Source: Klebsormidium nitens (Eukaryota > Plantae > Klebsormidiophyceae). Taken from it: 64,000 bases of DNA. The notes beneath the pieces were generated by a model. It was not told the origin of the DNA. It ran no database searches and saw nothing but the letters and a program-made list of their open reading frames with translations. Every line of letters starts with the position of its first letter. Within the stretch, counting starts at the first letter, position 1. Below are positions 50,867-63,738 of the stretch, one piece after another. A program made the translations under genes and the position numbers. The stretch lies in assembly GCA_000708835.1 (NCBI GenBank), contig DF237050.1:57919-121918 (forward strand), in the 5' to 3' direction.

Positions 50867-51871
50867 GCTGGAAATAGAGTGGAGGGAGCAGAGCTTCTAA
50901 TTACAAGGGGAGCTTCTAGAGAATGCTGAGCTTCGCATGGAGAAGCTTTCGCGATTGCCCGATCTTGACGAGAGACAAAACGCGCAGACTCAATCTGAAA
51001 AGTGAACCTGAGTCGCTCATGCCAGTCGTTCAGACTCGACGTGAATAACAAACAACTAACCGCCCAGAAGCAGAGAGTGCCCAACGAACTGTTCATCATG
51101 TGGTGCGGCGACCTTTTGATCATCTGAAAGTAACCCGCATTATTTAAGTACTGAATCAGGATGCACGCCGTTCGGCTCGTTGCCGTCTTTCTCAAGGAAG
51201 TTCTGAGCCGCACCGTTCAGGTCGAGAACTGACGGACCTCGCGGGTGGTCCATCACGGAGGACTCCGAGAATCAAAGGCGCGGGTGGGCGGTAATATCGA
51301 TGACGGCCGCTCTTTGAAAAGAGCAGCGTATATGCTTGGATTTATAACATAAAGCACCTCGAACGAATCACGGGTGTCACTTTCACGGCGCCCAGCTCAA
51401 TTGCAGACGTCCCCTTCAATTTATGCTTGAGATTGACGTAAGTCAAATATAACCTCATCAGTTGTACTTCGATCACTGAGATTTGTCCTTGATGGACCCA
51501 GAACTGAGATCCTCCTGGTGGTCCGGGAGGAATCGTATTTCACGGCCGAACGGCTCCATTGCGGGAAGAGACGTGGATTGAAGACGAAGAGAGAGTTGGT
51601 TTCATCCGAGCTCTAGCAGAAGAATTTGCCGTTCGGGGCCCCCAGTACATGTGTTTTGCAGTCATACAGACAGGATGTACCAAATGCATATCATGAGTGT
51701 TTGCAATGTGGGGAGCTGATCTGAGCTGATCCCGTCGAAGAAATGATTGTCTATGTATCTTTTCAGAATAATATATTTTTCAGGGAATCTGGGTGTATCT
51801 ATCATCCCCGTCATCGAATCAATCCGCCCACCCTTTTTTATACTGGTCTTACTATCTGATTGAGGGGAAAA

Positions 51872-54800
51872 TTATGCACGCGGCTCAATTGCTTCGATTG
51901 CTTCGTTGTCCACACTCTTGTGCCTGAGCTCAAAGTTCTCCAGCACTTGGTCGTCGGCAAAACGATACAGCCGATCAAAGGTCGTCAAGCAGTTCTCAAC
52001 CTGGCCCTCGTGTGCGTCGGCGTCTTGCATGTTGCAAAACTTGCACCCTGTGAAGTGAGAAATGAACGGTCGCCACTTGGACGGCCCGGGCGCGCCGTCC
52101 TCGCCCGGGAGGATCTGCGGCAGCCGTTGGGCGACTTCGACCCACCTGGAAGACAAGGGGCAATTCTCTGTCTGCTCTAAGTATGGCAGGGGATAACCGT
52201 CCGTTTCCTTGTTCCGTAGAGCTCTTGAAAATTCTAAGTTCTCAACTTCGGAGTCCTTCTTGTCACATTCCGCTCTGCTGCGTTCGCTCTTTGACGGGAT
52301 GTAGCGAACAGGGGCCGTGGCTTCGGAGCACATGTCTCCGCCAATGAAAATTTTCTCGTGTTTGCAGGGTGTGATCTTAGGCCACGGAAGTCGGGGTTGC
52401 GCGTGACCAGACTCAAAACATGCAAGCGCTAAGCGGGAGGGGGGCGAACTAAAGAAAAGAGCAGTCACGACCAAGTTTCACGCTCTGAAACGGACAACTC
52501 AAATTTGCCTGGCAAGTTTGCCACGTGGAGCGACGGAAGAGAAGCTTCGATCCACTATGAAGCTCCGATTGCATAACGAAGCGCAGACTTTCAGATTGTA
52601 AAGATTCTGCAGTTCGGGGATGCCGTTTCCTAGAAAACTTGGCTCACCAGTTGTGGTACATTTTCGTGGTGTCCAAGTACGTCTTTTCTTTCCACAGATG
52701 CGGCTGTGTGGCCAAGAGGTAGATAAGCGTCGTCTGATCGTCAGCGGGCCACTCTGCGAAACGACACAAAGGAACAGCGGTATCAGCGCTTCAGCACACC
52801 AAGGAGTGGGTCAGCACCGTACTGTAAAGCTCCGCTAAAACACTTCGTCGGGCAGCCATTACCAGTTTACATACATACTCGACGCTGAGACCTGGGGGCC
52901 GCTCGTATCTGTCTAGTTAAGCACAAATCGCTTGAAGAGAGCCGCTCGAAGCTAATACATCCGAATCTCATCAGTAGCAAATGGGTCCTTGATTCGGAGG
53001 ACTCATATTTGGCAAGAAGTCTCCACTCCCGCAGGCAAGTGCGCGGCCTTTCAGCTTCCTGCGCGCTTGCGCGTTTCGACTTCCTCACGACCGTGAAATA
53101 GGCCAATCTCGGGTCTGATGAGCACTTCCTATGGGCATTCTTTCTCTTTCTTATGGGCATTTTCTTTTATAGCGAACCAAATCATATAGACAACATGAAG
53201 ACGCGAACTGCTAACCGTGGTCCCCGCTCGCTTCCGCCCTGCCTCGGAGCACCCTGTTGAGCAGCAGTCCGGTGTCCCGCCGCGTGGTGTACCTGTTCCC
53301 GAGCGCCATGGTGGCGTCCAGCAGATCCACCGACCACGCACAGTTGCGGAGCAAAAAGCCGCCCGTGTTCAGGCCCAGCCAGTCGGGCTCCTCAAACACC
53401 TGCCGAGTGACGGACGAGGATCTGGTTCTTTGTATGCAATCTTTTGCAAAGAATCCTGGGAAGAAAGCCCGAGAGCCATGTCCGTCTTTTCAGGAAGATG
53501 ATTACAGGGAGATAATCACGTTGAGCTCGACCCTTGACAAGCTCGTAATGCAGGTACGTACCAACGTCCCGCTCCTCCGTTTCTAGTACGAGACTGAAGA
53601 TATGGCGCCCCAGACAGCGGAAATTGATCGAAATTGTGCAGTTGGGAAGCGCTTTTAAAGGGCGCTGATCAGCTGAGTCCGCCCCGCCGTAGCGATCTGA
53701 GCATCAGACTCGTCCTTACGCTGGTCGAAACAAACAGATGCAGTTACTTACGGCTGTGGCGTTCCCGGAAAGCACCAGGTTGTAGTCGCCATACTCATCC
53801 AGTGGAACGACCCGCGCCATGTCTGTGAAGATGGCATCGCAGTCCACCCACTGCACAAAATCGGAGTGACTGTCAATACTTCAGACTTAGTCGGGTCTCT
53901 TCTAGATGTTGTCTGCAAGCAATATGACATCTTGAGATTTCCTGAACGGAGAAAGCTTCTAACACGACTATTAGAGGTTTGGATGTCAGCGATCGTGCTC
54001 CACAACTTGAAGGAAGTCCTGTGCATACGGTCTACCGGGCCCATTGCTCACTGACAGCACAGCTGCAACCGACGAAGATTGCTCTTCTCGAAACGAACAA
54101 GAAACAGCATTGGAAGAGGGAGCCGCCAGAGGGCTCAAACAGGAAATCTTTTGCCGAAAAAGAACAATAAAGGAGCCGGGAGTCACCATAAACCATTCAA
54201 TAGTGGGGTGGGTTTGCATCAGTTTCTTGAGCAGCGGCAGCTTGACCCAGTAGATGTCGAAAGCGTCGTCGAAAGCCTCCATGGCGTAGTACAGCGGAAT
54301 GCCGTGCAGCCTGCGGGGAGCTTAGAGCCAGATGTGATTACCAGGCTCGGCACTGAGGCGTTCAAAGCAGTCGCGAGCTCGTTCCCAACCCGAACGGTTG
54401 CAGTACGTGGCATGCTTTGAGACCAACTCCGGGCCATTTTGAAGTTTCAAGAAGCGCCGAGGATACACGTTTCTTTGGACCTGCTCAAAAAGCCTAACAA
54501 CTCCCTACAAATCAGCCTTCTGCTGCCATCATTTCTCACGCCTCTACCGCCGATGTTGCAACCATCCGCATCTGGTACAGGAGAGCAACGTACAACGTGA
54601 CTTTCCCGTCAAAGACTGCGTTACTCGGGCAGAACTAGCCAGGGTTATTGTAGCGGCCAGCCCAGCTCACCTAGCATAGTCCACCTTGTTCTTGAGCGAC
54701 CGTGTCAGAACCTCGGCGCCCCGGGTCGTGCTGCACGCCCGGCCGTCCGTCCCGGTCACCAGCATCAGCCTGGTCCTTCCCCCGCCCCGTTCTCCACCGT

Positions 54801-55086
54801 CGATGCTGCCCTCACCCACGGCATCAACGGTCCCAGTCGTTGGAGACCCTTCCCCATCGGTGAGGTCAGGGAAGTGGGCCAACCGCTTATCCATAGCGAG
54901 CGTGATCACAAACGCAACGAGGAGCAGAATGCCAGCAATCTGTAAGAAAGATTGCCTCCTTTTGATCTTTTTGATGTCGTCAGTCACGAACGTCATTCTA
55001 GGTGACATGATGGAGAACAGAACGGACGCCCATTTGAGGTGGGTGCCACTCCGCAGCGGTTTCCGGTCATCTTGTGACGGGGCCAT
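51872..55086 (-). CDS. Glycosyltransferase family 34, copy A (tandem paralogue of copy B)
   Basis: Same motifs and the same intron positions as copy B. Last exon 52145-51872; first exon 55086 to about 54670. Confidence 0.93.
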
Positions 55087-56281
55087 CTTGATCAGAGGGG
55101 GGGCCGGTCTTGCGTGCAGAGACTCACCCAATGGAAAGCGCGTAATGAATCCCTGATTAGTGAGTGCGGACCCACTGCAAGGATAAGTTGCGGCGGCTGA
55201 TTATGGAGCGAGATTGAATGACGAGAGAAAGAGCTGCGAGCGATTGATGGGAAAGGCATACAAATTAGAAAAGACCGGCTCGCCAAACTGGGAGCGAAAG
55301 ATGGCTCGACAGAGATCAACGAATGCCTCGCTCAATACATGATCCACATGAAGTGTGCCAGGCTGCCCGTCACTTTCAATGTCGCCCCCGATATGGAAAG
55401 GCCGAGTCGAATGTTTGTCTCCAGAAACGACGCGACTGGAGCCTCGCTCGAGGTCCAGAATCCCGCACAAGAAAGCGCGCACTGCACTTTTGGGCACAGT
55501 GCCTTGAAAGTATAAGCAGGATACATACGTTCAGGGAATCAGTATCTGGCTTTTTCAAGGCTTGCTGATTGGCCTCGAAAGGTACGTAAATCAGGGTAGA
55601 ACGACAACTATGCTTATGGTACCTTCTGGATGCTGCTACGAATGAAGTCAAAGTCTTAGCTGGGCCGTCCGTAAGCAATAGCTTGCTGCGCACGACAAAC
55701 AGCCGGCCTGGCAGAAGTAGCAAGCCTGATGCGAGGTTGGCAGATCTCGAAAGCCACATCCAGCAGGTCTTGTGCCAGCCCTCCAATGATTCTTCTTCAA
55801 ACGTATAGAAGGTGTGATCAGTCGGCGGGCAGTCGGCCTGGAATTACGCCTCCACGAGGCCGCGCCCGCGCCCGCGTTGGAAGTCCGCGCGGCCGCCGGG
55901 GGTTCCGGCCTAACGCCGACGGGGTGTCCCACCGTACGATTGGCGTAGCTCTAATCTACGGCTTCAGGTTGCTTCTTGTTGGTCTTCGGCACAGACGATC
56001 AGCCGTTGGATTCAGAGTGGTGCGCCAATCGTAGGGCTCCAAGGCGCGCATGGTGAGGCATGGCGACGTGGTCAACCAACGAAGCAGGATTGCAGGGTTG
56101 CGCGCAAACATGGCCGGGGGCTCCGGCTCAAAGCCAACTGCTAAGCCAACGAGAGCCGTGTAGCCTGTAAGATTGCCGCTGTGCGCAGGAAAGCGTTCTC
56201 CTAGGTACCTCCCAACTTAGGTCGTAGACGTCTGTTTGAGTTCATCAACTCAGTCTGCAGGTTCCTCCTGGCAGTGTCACG

Positions 56282-59200
56282 ATGGCCGCAGCGGCGTCCC
56301 TGAGGGGGCTTCAAAGCAGCCCACACTTTTTCAATGGCACGCCAAGGAGGCGGCCCCTGCCTGCGCATGCAGCGCTTGAGCAGGCCTTGCGAAGGACGCC
56401 ACTTTGCGGCGTCTCCAGAAACTTTACTAGCACACACGAAACGGTGTTCCGGAGATCCCCCCTTGTAGAAAAAGCACCACCACTTATTTTGAAAGAGCCC
56501 AATGCTGTGTCTCAGTTCACACGAGAAAGCTTGAATCACACCCATCGTCGCTCCCGGAAAGTGCAGACGTGCGTCGCTTCGGCTTCAGCAGGGGCCGCGG
56601 TCGCAAACGATTTTCAGTATCCAGGGTCCCAACCTGCAATCACACACGCTCTGTCAGACGAGCTTCCCGTCCGCCTGCCCCCGCCCCCGTCAGACTCCTC
56701 TATCCTGAGCATCTTCCCTTATCTGTGGAGACTAGCTACGGCGGACAAATCGCTGCGGTGGAGAGTTGCGTTGTCCCTGATTCTCCTTGTGGGGGGCAAG
56801 GTGCGTCAGTTAACTTCGCGTGTTGTGGTCAACTTTCAGTGGGTGGTTGTGTTGTTGCTCCCGAGTTTGACAGGCCCTGATTAGTTCTCTTTAAAAAAAT
56901 CCATTGGCTTAAAGGCCCTCTTGGGTGTGAATAAGAGCGGTCACCCTGGTCGTTATGTATCTTCTGGAAATGTTTCAACAGGCTTTACGTTCCCTCATGC
57001 CTTCAACTAGTCACCACCTTTTGAGAGCCATGACAAAAAGGGATTGGGGGTGGGGCCCATTTTTAAATTGTCGTTCAATGTTTTCTGGCAATGAGAAGCA
57101 ACACTTTTTGGGGATAAGCTTTTTGATATGTCGTGTCGGGCTAGAAGTCCTTGCAATGATTCAATACTTCTAAAGAATCCTCTGAGATTTTCGAGTCAAC
57201 TTTTGAAGAACCAGAAATCTGGACAGTACTTTGGAAATGACCAGCCGCCCACTTGTTGAGAATGATGCTTGAATCTGACCAGCCATTTGTCATACCTTGA
57301 GATGGGAAGGTCATGGGGCTTGAAATTGTATATCAGCAAATGCCTCCAAGGAACGTAGGGCCTTCCAATTTTCATACCGACAATACTCCAGGCCCCCGCC
57401 GAGCAGCCAAGCGAGCATCACCACAAGACTTTGCAATACGTGTATTGTTGACCTGATGCAGGCGGCCGGTCTGGCGGGCCCAGTGCTGTTCAAGCGGGGT
57501 ATGGATGTTTTGTCAGAGTCTAGCAAGGCGCAAGGGTACTCTCAGGCTACCATGTATGCGGCGGTCTCGGCGCTAGTCCTCTCTGGAGTGTCCAAGGTGA
57601 GAGATTCCTTAGAATTCTTCTGAAGCGAAAGTTCGAGGTTGCGCCCGACTGACGGAGAGAGTCGCACGACCACTTCTTAACAGGTCAATTGAGTCCAGGT
57701 AATTCGAGGCTGGTTGTTACTGAGAAGGAGACCGGCCTCGATAACACGGTTGTAGAACGATAATCATCTCATTTGCAAGCATTAACGTCCACTTTTCACC
57801 CGCTCTGCCCCACTTACTTGTACGGGAACCAAAATCCGCTGTGGATTGAAGCAGGACGGATATGCTGTCTCCTTTTAACATTTTCAGGGCCAAGAATCAA
57901 CAAGCCCGGGGAAGCACGGTTCGTGATCTGTTCTGTCAAGTACAATCAGGTCTGAGTTGAGATTGGGATCCGACAGAGTAAAACAAAAAAGTCGTTATAT
58001 AACACATCAGGTTGACCGAGAGAGAGGATTTGACTTGTCTTCAGCGCAGGTTCTGCACCCGGCGGTTAACTTACAGTAGCGCAGCGTGGCCAGCAATGAG
58101 ATGACGAAGCTACTGTTGCTATCTCAGGGCATCAGCGGCATTTGTAACGAGGCGCGGTACACTGTGTTCAGCCCCGTGGGGCAGGCAACTGGTCGGCGTG
58201 TCGCGATGCACTTCTTCGACCACATTCTGCATCTAGATATGGCGTTTCATCTGGAGCGCAAGACGGGGGCGCTTTCCACGATCATGGAGCGCGGCAAGCG
58301 CAGCGTCACCATGATCTTCCGGGCGATCGGTGAGCCATGCCTGGTTGACGTTTGTCGTCCTTTTCTGGATTTGAAGCTAACTCGAAGGAGACGAATGCTT
58401 GACATGGTAGTTTGAACCCGATGCTGTTGCTGTTTCCGGTTGGGTTCGCAACGTTGTTGTGAGTTTGAATGGTCAACTTTGCGATTCGAGTATTGGTCTA
58501 GCTTGAACACGAGGAAATGTGTGAAGTTTAGAAAAGAAGCAGCGGGAGCTTTGTTGTCCTACGTCGACTTCAAATCTTTTGCTAGCTCCCTTGACGAGCA
58601 AATAGCAATCCATTAATCGAAATGTATATGAACTGACGTCTTCCTGTCATGCATCCGCTCGCTTTGAGGTTAACTCACCCTTGCTCGCTTTAACCTTCTC
58701 TTTCTCTGAAAGCAATAGCTGCCTTCGTTTCTGGCCCCAACGAGTCTCATGGCGCAGGGTCTCAGTGGGAACACCGTGGTCGTATGCAAGTGCAACGCAA
58801 GTAAAGCCCACGCCTCGAATCGGTCTCGTGCAGTGTTTACGCTGGTGCCGACCGTGGTGGAGCTAGTCCTGGTGTGCGGTCTGCTGGCTAAGCAAGTCAG
58901 CACCGCGTTTGCGGGGGTCGTCCTGCTGACGTTTGCTGCTTACGTCGCGTGGACGGTGGCGCTGACGAAAGCGTCCATGGCCAGCAGGAAAGAGGTGGGT
59001 TTTGACTAGCCGGGTTACGCTTCGATACCTCGAGATAACCCAGTTTTTAATCACTGATTCTGTTCGTTGTAATTACTCGAGCAAGCGTCTTGGAAAGGAT
59101 CGCCACTGACGTCTGTTTGCCAAAATCACGGGGTTAAATACGTGGGACCGACCCAACTGCGCCGAAAATCTTTAAAGCCACGTTGTAGACCGTTCAAAGC

Positions 59201-62200
59201 TGCTTTCCATGCTGAAAGAATGTCGACTACTGTAGTGGGATCATCGTGGATCTTTGACCTTATTTATTTGATTTGTGTTCTCAGGCGGATAACCTCCGAA
59301 GCACGAGTGATTGGAATGTCGCGCAGTCCAGACCGGAAAAATGTTATTTATGTTGCCCAGGTGAAAAATCGCCAAAGCATATTAAGTCATGGATAGTCGT
59401 GAAGGCCAGACCTGAGAAGTGGAAGTTGTGATGCTCAGGTGAACAATCTGAACAACCTGACGTCGGGCAAGGTGGTGGATGCGCTGCTCAACTACGAGAC
59501 GGTGGCGCAGTTCAACAACCAGGCGCTCGAGGAGAAGCAGTACGACAGCCTGCTCAAAGACTACCAGGACGCGTCGGTGAGCTCATCATTGCAGAAACGA
59601 TCTCTATCGCATCTCGCAGTTGGTTGCATAAACTTTGTCAGCGCAAGCATTCTCTAGAAACTCGGAGGAAAGTTCAAAATTTCACTGCACACGCCTCGGT
59701 TAAGATCCTGCGCCCCCCTTGGAGAAGTCTACTTTCTGGCTTTAGCGATTGCTTTCAATTTTCTTTTACACATGATGTTATCTGCTGTTTCATAGAAACA
59801 ATGATGAGCAATCTTGAAGGAGGTGCCCCGAGGATTTGTTACTTGAAAAGCCCGTCACGGCACGTTTGCTGTAGCTGTACCTCCGTGCTTGCCGCCAGAT
59901 CAATAGAACAGGAACTGATCCTCTTCCACCTTCCGGCGCTCGCATCTCTCAGAAGTGTGACTCTTTTCTCTCGCTCTGCAGATCAATCTGGAGTATCTCT
60001 CAGCGTCTCTCAACAGCGGTCAGGCGCTCATCCTCGCAACCGGGGTGTCGGCCATCATGGCCATGGCGGGGACAGGTGTCATCCAGGGGCGCATGACAGT
60101 TGGCGACCTCGTACTGGCCAATGGCCTCATCTTGCAGCTGTCGGTGCCGCTCCAGGTGCTGTTACGGTCATGCTTGGAGTTCGGAGACGCGTTCGTGACT
60201 TCTTTCACGAGAAGCTTGAATTCTCTCACTGTTTTGTCCGTTTGTTCTTTCATTAACCTAGTTGCCGGTATCCCCTGTCCCTGCATTCGGAAGGTTGTTA
60301 TCGAAAACCTGCCGGCGGGGCGCAGATCGTCGAGCTTCGTATTTTTACTGACCGCCCTTATTGCATGGAGCTACTGCTCGGCTTCACCGTCACGTCCTGC
60401 CGACTTTTCCTTTCGCCCACTTGGGTATTTTCTGCCCACGTTACGTACTTTTTCAATCCCGTCTGTGGTCCTGTCTTGCGTGCAGTTCCTCGGCTTCTTG
60501 TACCGCGAGCTGCGCACGTCCCTGGTAGACATGGAATCCATGTTCAACACACTTAGGTCAGTCCCTTAACCCACCCTGGTTAGCCCACTTATGCTCGCTT
60601 CTCTGCCCCTCTCTCTGCATGTGCCCAGAAAACCCTGAGCTATCTAAACAAAGACCTCGTCCCGGCGATGGCCGACCTCGAAGAGATCTTCAAGCACCTC
60701 GCGTACGTGCGCCGCCTCCTTATGGATCGGGGTTGCCATTCGCGAGGGTTTTTTGTCTCTTTTGGCGGAATTGTTGCACTGTTGTTTCAGTCGTTATTGC
60801 ATGTTCACAAACACTTTGAGCTCGATGTGAGATCGGGTCAGCAAAGCTCAACGGTCGGAGTATACACGAACCCGGTCTCAAATCTAGGAGCCTCCTATCT
60901 TGGTTTGTTCTGCAACTGGCATGAGCAATCAAGAGACCGCGTCACCAGCATAGTATCTTCAAAGCTTTGCCGCATTTCCTGTGTGCAGTCGGAAGTCTGC
61001 CCTTCCCGATGGCAGTCGCGAGCTGAAAAGGAGTCAAGAGGGCGCCTCCGTCACTGCAAAGGATCTCAAGTTTGGATACAGCGATGCACGCCAGGTGGGC
61101 CGTTTCGTTTCCTCTCTTGCCGCTCTTCTTGTTTAGTCCATAGTGTGGTTGAAAATCGTCCAGCCGAGCAAAGAATGTTACTCACAAGTGGTTGCTTGTC
61201 ACGTATTTCTGACAGGCTTTGGGTTCCGTTAACCGCCACTCCGATTCCGTAATACTTTTGCCGTTGCTTTTGGAACAAGACTGCTGCTTTCGCCACCCAC
61301 CTTTGACACAAAATCTTCATCAATATTGACAAGTTTTCCCCGGTCTTCGCAGGTGCTGAAAGGCGTCTCGTTCAGCATAAAGCCGGGCCAGAGTGTGGCC
61401 ATTGTGGGCCCGTCGGGGAGTGGCAAGTCGACGATTGTGCGGCTGCTGCTGCGGATGTACGACCCGCAGCACGGCAGCATGGCCATCGACGGCGTCGACG
61501 TGCGGGACCTCACGCAGGAGTCGCTGCGCAGCGCCGTCGCGGTCGTGCCGCAAGACACGGTGAGCTTTTAAGAAATGATTGCGGAAGGTTCGTCAGTGTG
61601 TTTTGTGAGATCAGACGTGCGTGAAGAAGCGGGAGATGGAGAAGGCGGGGGGGTTTGCGGTGGGCGGAACACAGTCCACTAGAAGGGTCCTCGAGAAGTC
61701 GGAGCGGGTCTCCAAAGGTCCTTTGAAAAACTGGCAGCTATGGTCGGACACAAGTTCAACAGTCTACTACAAATTGGCTGAAGCACAATCTTCCTTTCAT
61801 ACTCCTGAAGCTTCGATCCAAAAGGATCCGAAGCGTAGAAAAAACTTGGTGTCGTGGCTCAATCCTGATTCAAGAAGACCGCGCTTCGCACCCGAACCAC
61901 CCAGATGGCCAGGCCAACGTCACCCGCCCTCCGAGCATGGCCTCAGAAAGTGATATCTCAACATAAAACCCAAGCTCCCCCCGAGAATCATCACGTGTTC
62001 TGAAACCCAGCATGCTCGATGTGCCGCAGGTGCTGTTCAACGACACCATCTTCTACAATATCGCGTACGGTCGACCTACTGCCAGCAAGGATGACATCAT
62101 CACGGCCGCGAAGATGGCCAAGCTGCACGACGCGATCATGCGCATGCCGGACGGCTACGAGACGCTTGTCGGCGAGCGCGGTCTCAAGGTAAGGCCTCGC

Positions 62201-63738
62201 TGGGTTCTTTGGCCTGCAGAACAAATTTCTGGTATACGTGGTTTCCTGATCCTTGTAAGATGGTTTCATTTCACAACCGACCGTTTTACCGGTACGGGTA
62301 AACAAATTCTCGGTAATGAGAGTTTTGCGAGTCCTGGAAGCAGCCCTATGAAACATTCATGCAAAGCATTTACTGACGACACAACCTAAGCTTTTTCGAG
62401 GTAGGCTTGTGATGTTCCACACAACAAGTCCTCACTTAGGCTAGTATCCTACCCAAGATCCTACATCAAGGCTAGTCTAAGCTAGTCTAGACTAGAAAGC
62501 TCAAGGCGCTGAGTCACAAATCGAGCGGGTTCGATCACTCATCTGGGTGAGGTTGGACTAGCGGAGTATCTGAAGATTATAGTTGAAGTCGAGTTGCGTC
62601 AAGCCGTTGACCGAATGGAATTGTAGCGGGCGGTGCTGACGTGATTCAGTGGAGGCCTGGTCTGGGGTCCGATTTGCTCGGTCGCTGGCGACTCTGGTTG
62701 ATTAATCCGGAAGCAATGAAGTCGCCGATTGCCAGGAGCGAAGCCTCGCTAAGGGTCCGTGAGGCACGAAAGCTTCCAGGAACGAAAGCACGCGCTCTGA
62801 TCCTAGATGCTGGCGGCTCGCGATTCGCCCAAAAGCATTTGTTGACGAAACTTCCGCTTTCTGCAGTTGAGCGGCGGCGAGAAGCAGCGCGTAGCCATTG
62901 CGAGGGCATTCCTGAAGTCGCCCCGCATGCTGTGCTGCGACGAGGCCACGTCAGCCCTTGACTCAGGGACGGAGGTGAGGGCACTTATCAAAGATGGAGG
63001 CCCTTGGTTCAGTTTGTTCGATGCAGCTTTTCTGAACGGCGCATGTTGGTGTTTATGCAGGTTTTAGATAGATGTATTACTTGCAAGGGGGAGGAAAGTT
63101 CGCAGCAGCTGACCGGTAAGAGTTTGACAAGTAGCCGGTTCTACATGGGTTTTGGCCCCCCCAATCTTGGTGCAGGGCTGGTTTGATTGGCATCTTTCTT
63201 GCAGATACGACTCCTCTCAGGAGCTTATGGTTTTGCCTTGCAGGCCGCAATTTTGGACTCTTTGAAAGAGCTGGCCGCCGGTCGCACGTGCCTCTTCGTG
63301 GCCCATCGGTTATCGACGGTGGCCCACTGTGACCACATCCTAGTCATGGACGCGGGGTTGATAGTTGAGGAGGGCACGCATGAAGAACTGGTACAAAAGG
63401 GCGGGGCATATAGCAAGATGTGGTCGTTACAGCAGGCGGAAAAGAAAGAGGATGCCCCCGAGAATGGGCATAACGGTGCTAACGGTGCGGCGAGTGTTAG
63501 TGGGAGAGGACTGGAGTCGGAAGGACTGGCGTCGTCATCTAGGGAAGACAGCGCCCATGTAAATAACGGGACCAACGGTGCGAATGGCGTTGAGAGGAGC
63601 TTGGCCAGCCGAGAACTGAAAGAGGAGATGCAGCGGAGCGAAGAAGTGGGTGTCGTAGTGGAAGAAAGTGCCAAGACTGGAACTGCTGGCTTCAGAGTAG
63701 ACGATCTTTTGCCTGCCACGAGAAGCGAGTCCGAGTAG
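56282..63738 (+). CDS. ATM: ATM1/ABCB7-type half ABC transporter (ABCB subfamily) with long N-terminal targeting peptide
   Basis: TMD peptides: [58 protein letters not shown]: Walker [11 protein letters not shown]-loop VPQDTVLFNDTI, signature [13 protein letters not shown], Walker B/D-loop [10 protein letters not shown]-switch VAHRLST. About 12 exons. Confidence 0.96.
60629..60702 (+). CDS. Candidate alternative (mutually exclusive) exon of the ATM transporter, homologous to exon 60486-60556
   Basis: cccag|AAAACC...CACCTCGC|gtacgt; 74 nt, phase 0 to phase 2 like the 71-nt neighbour. Encodes [24 protein letters not shown](A) versus [23 protein letters not shown](S). Confidence 0.75.

Noticed and set aside
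51872-52474. 200-aa ORF suggesting a long insertion in GT34 copy A
   Set aside because: The acceptor at 52146 matches copy B; the upstream part is open-frame intron.
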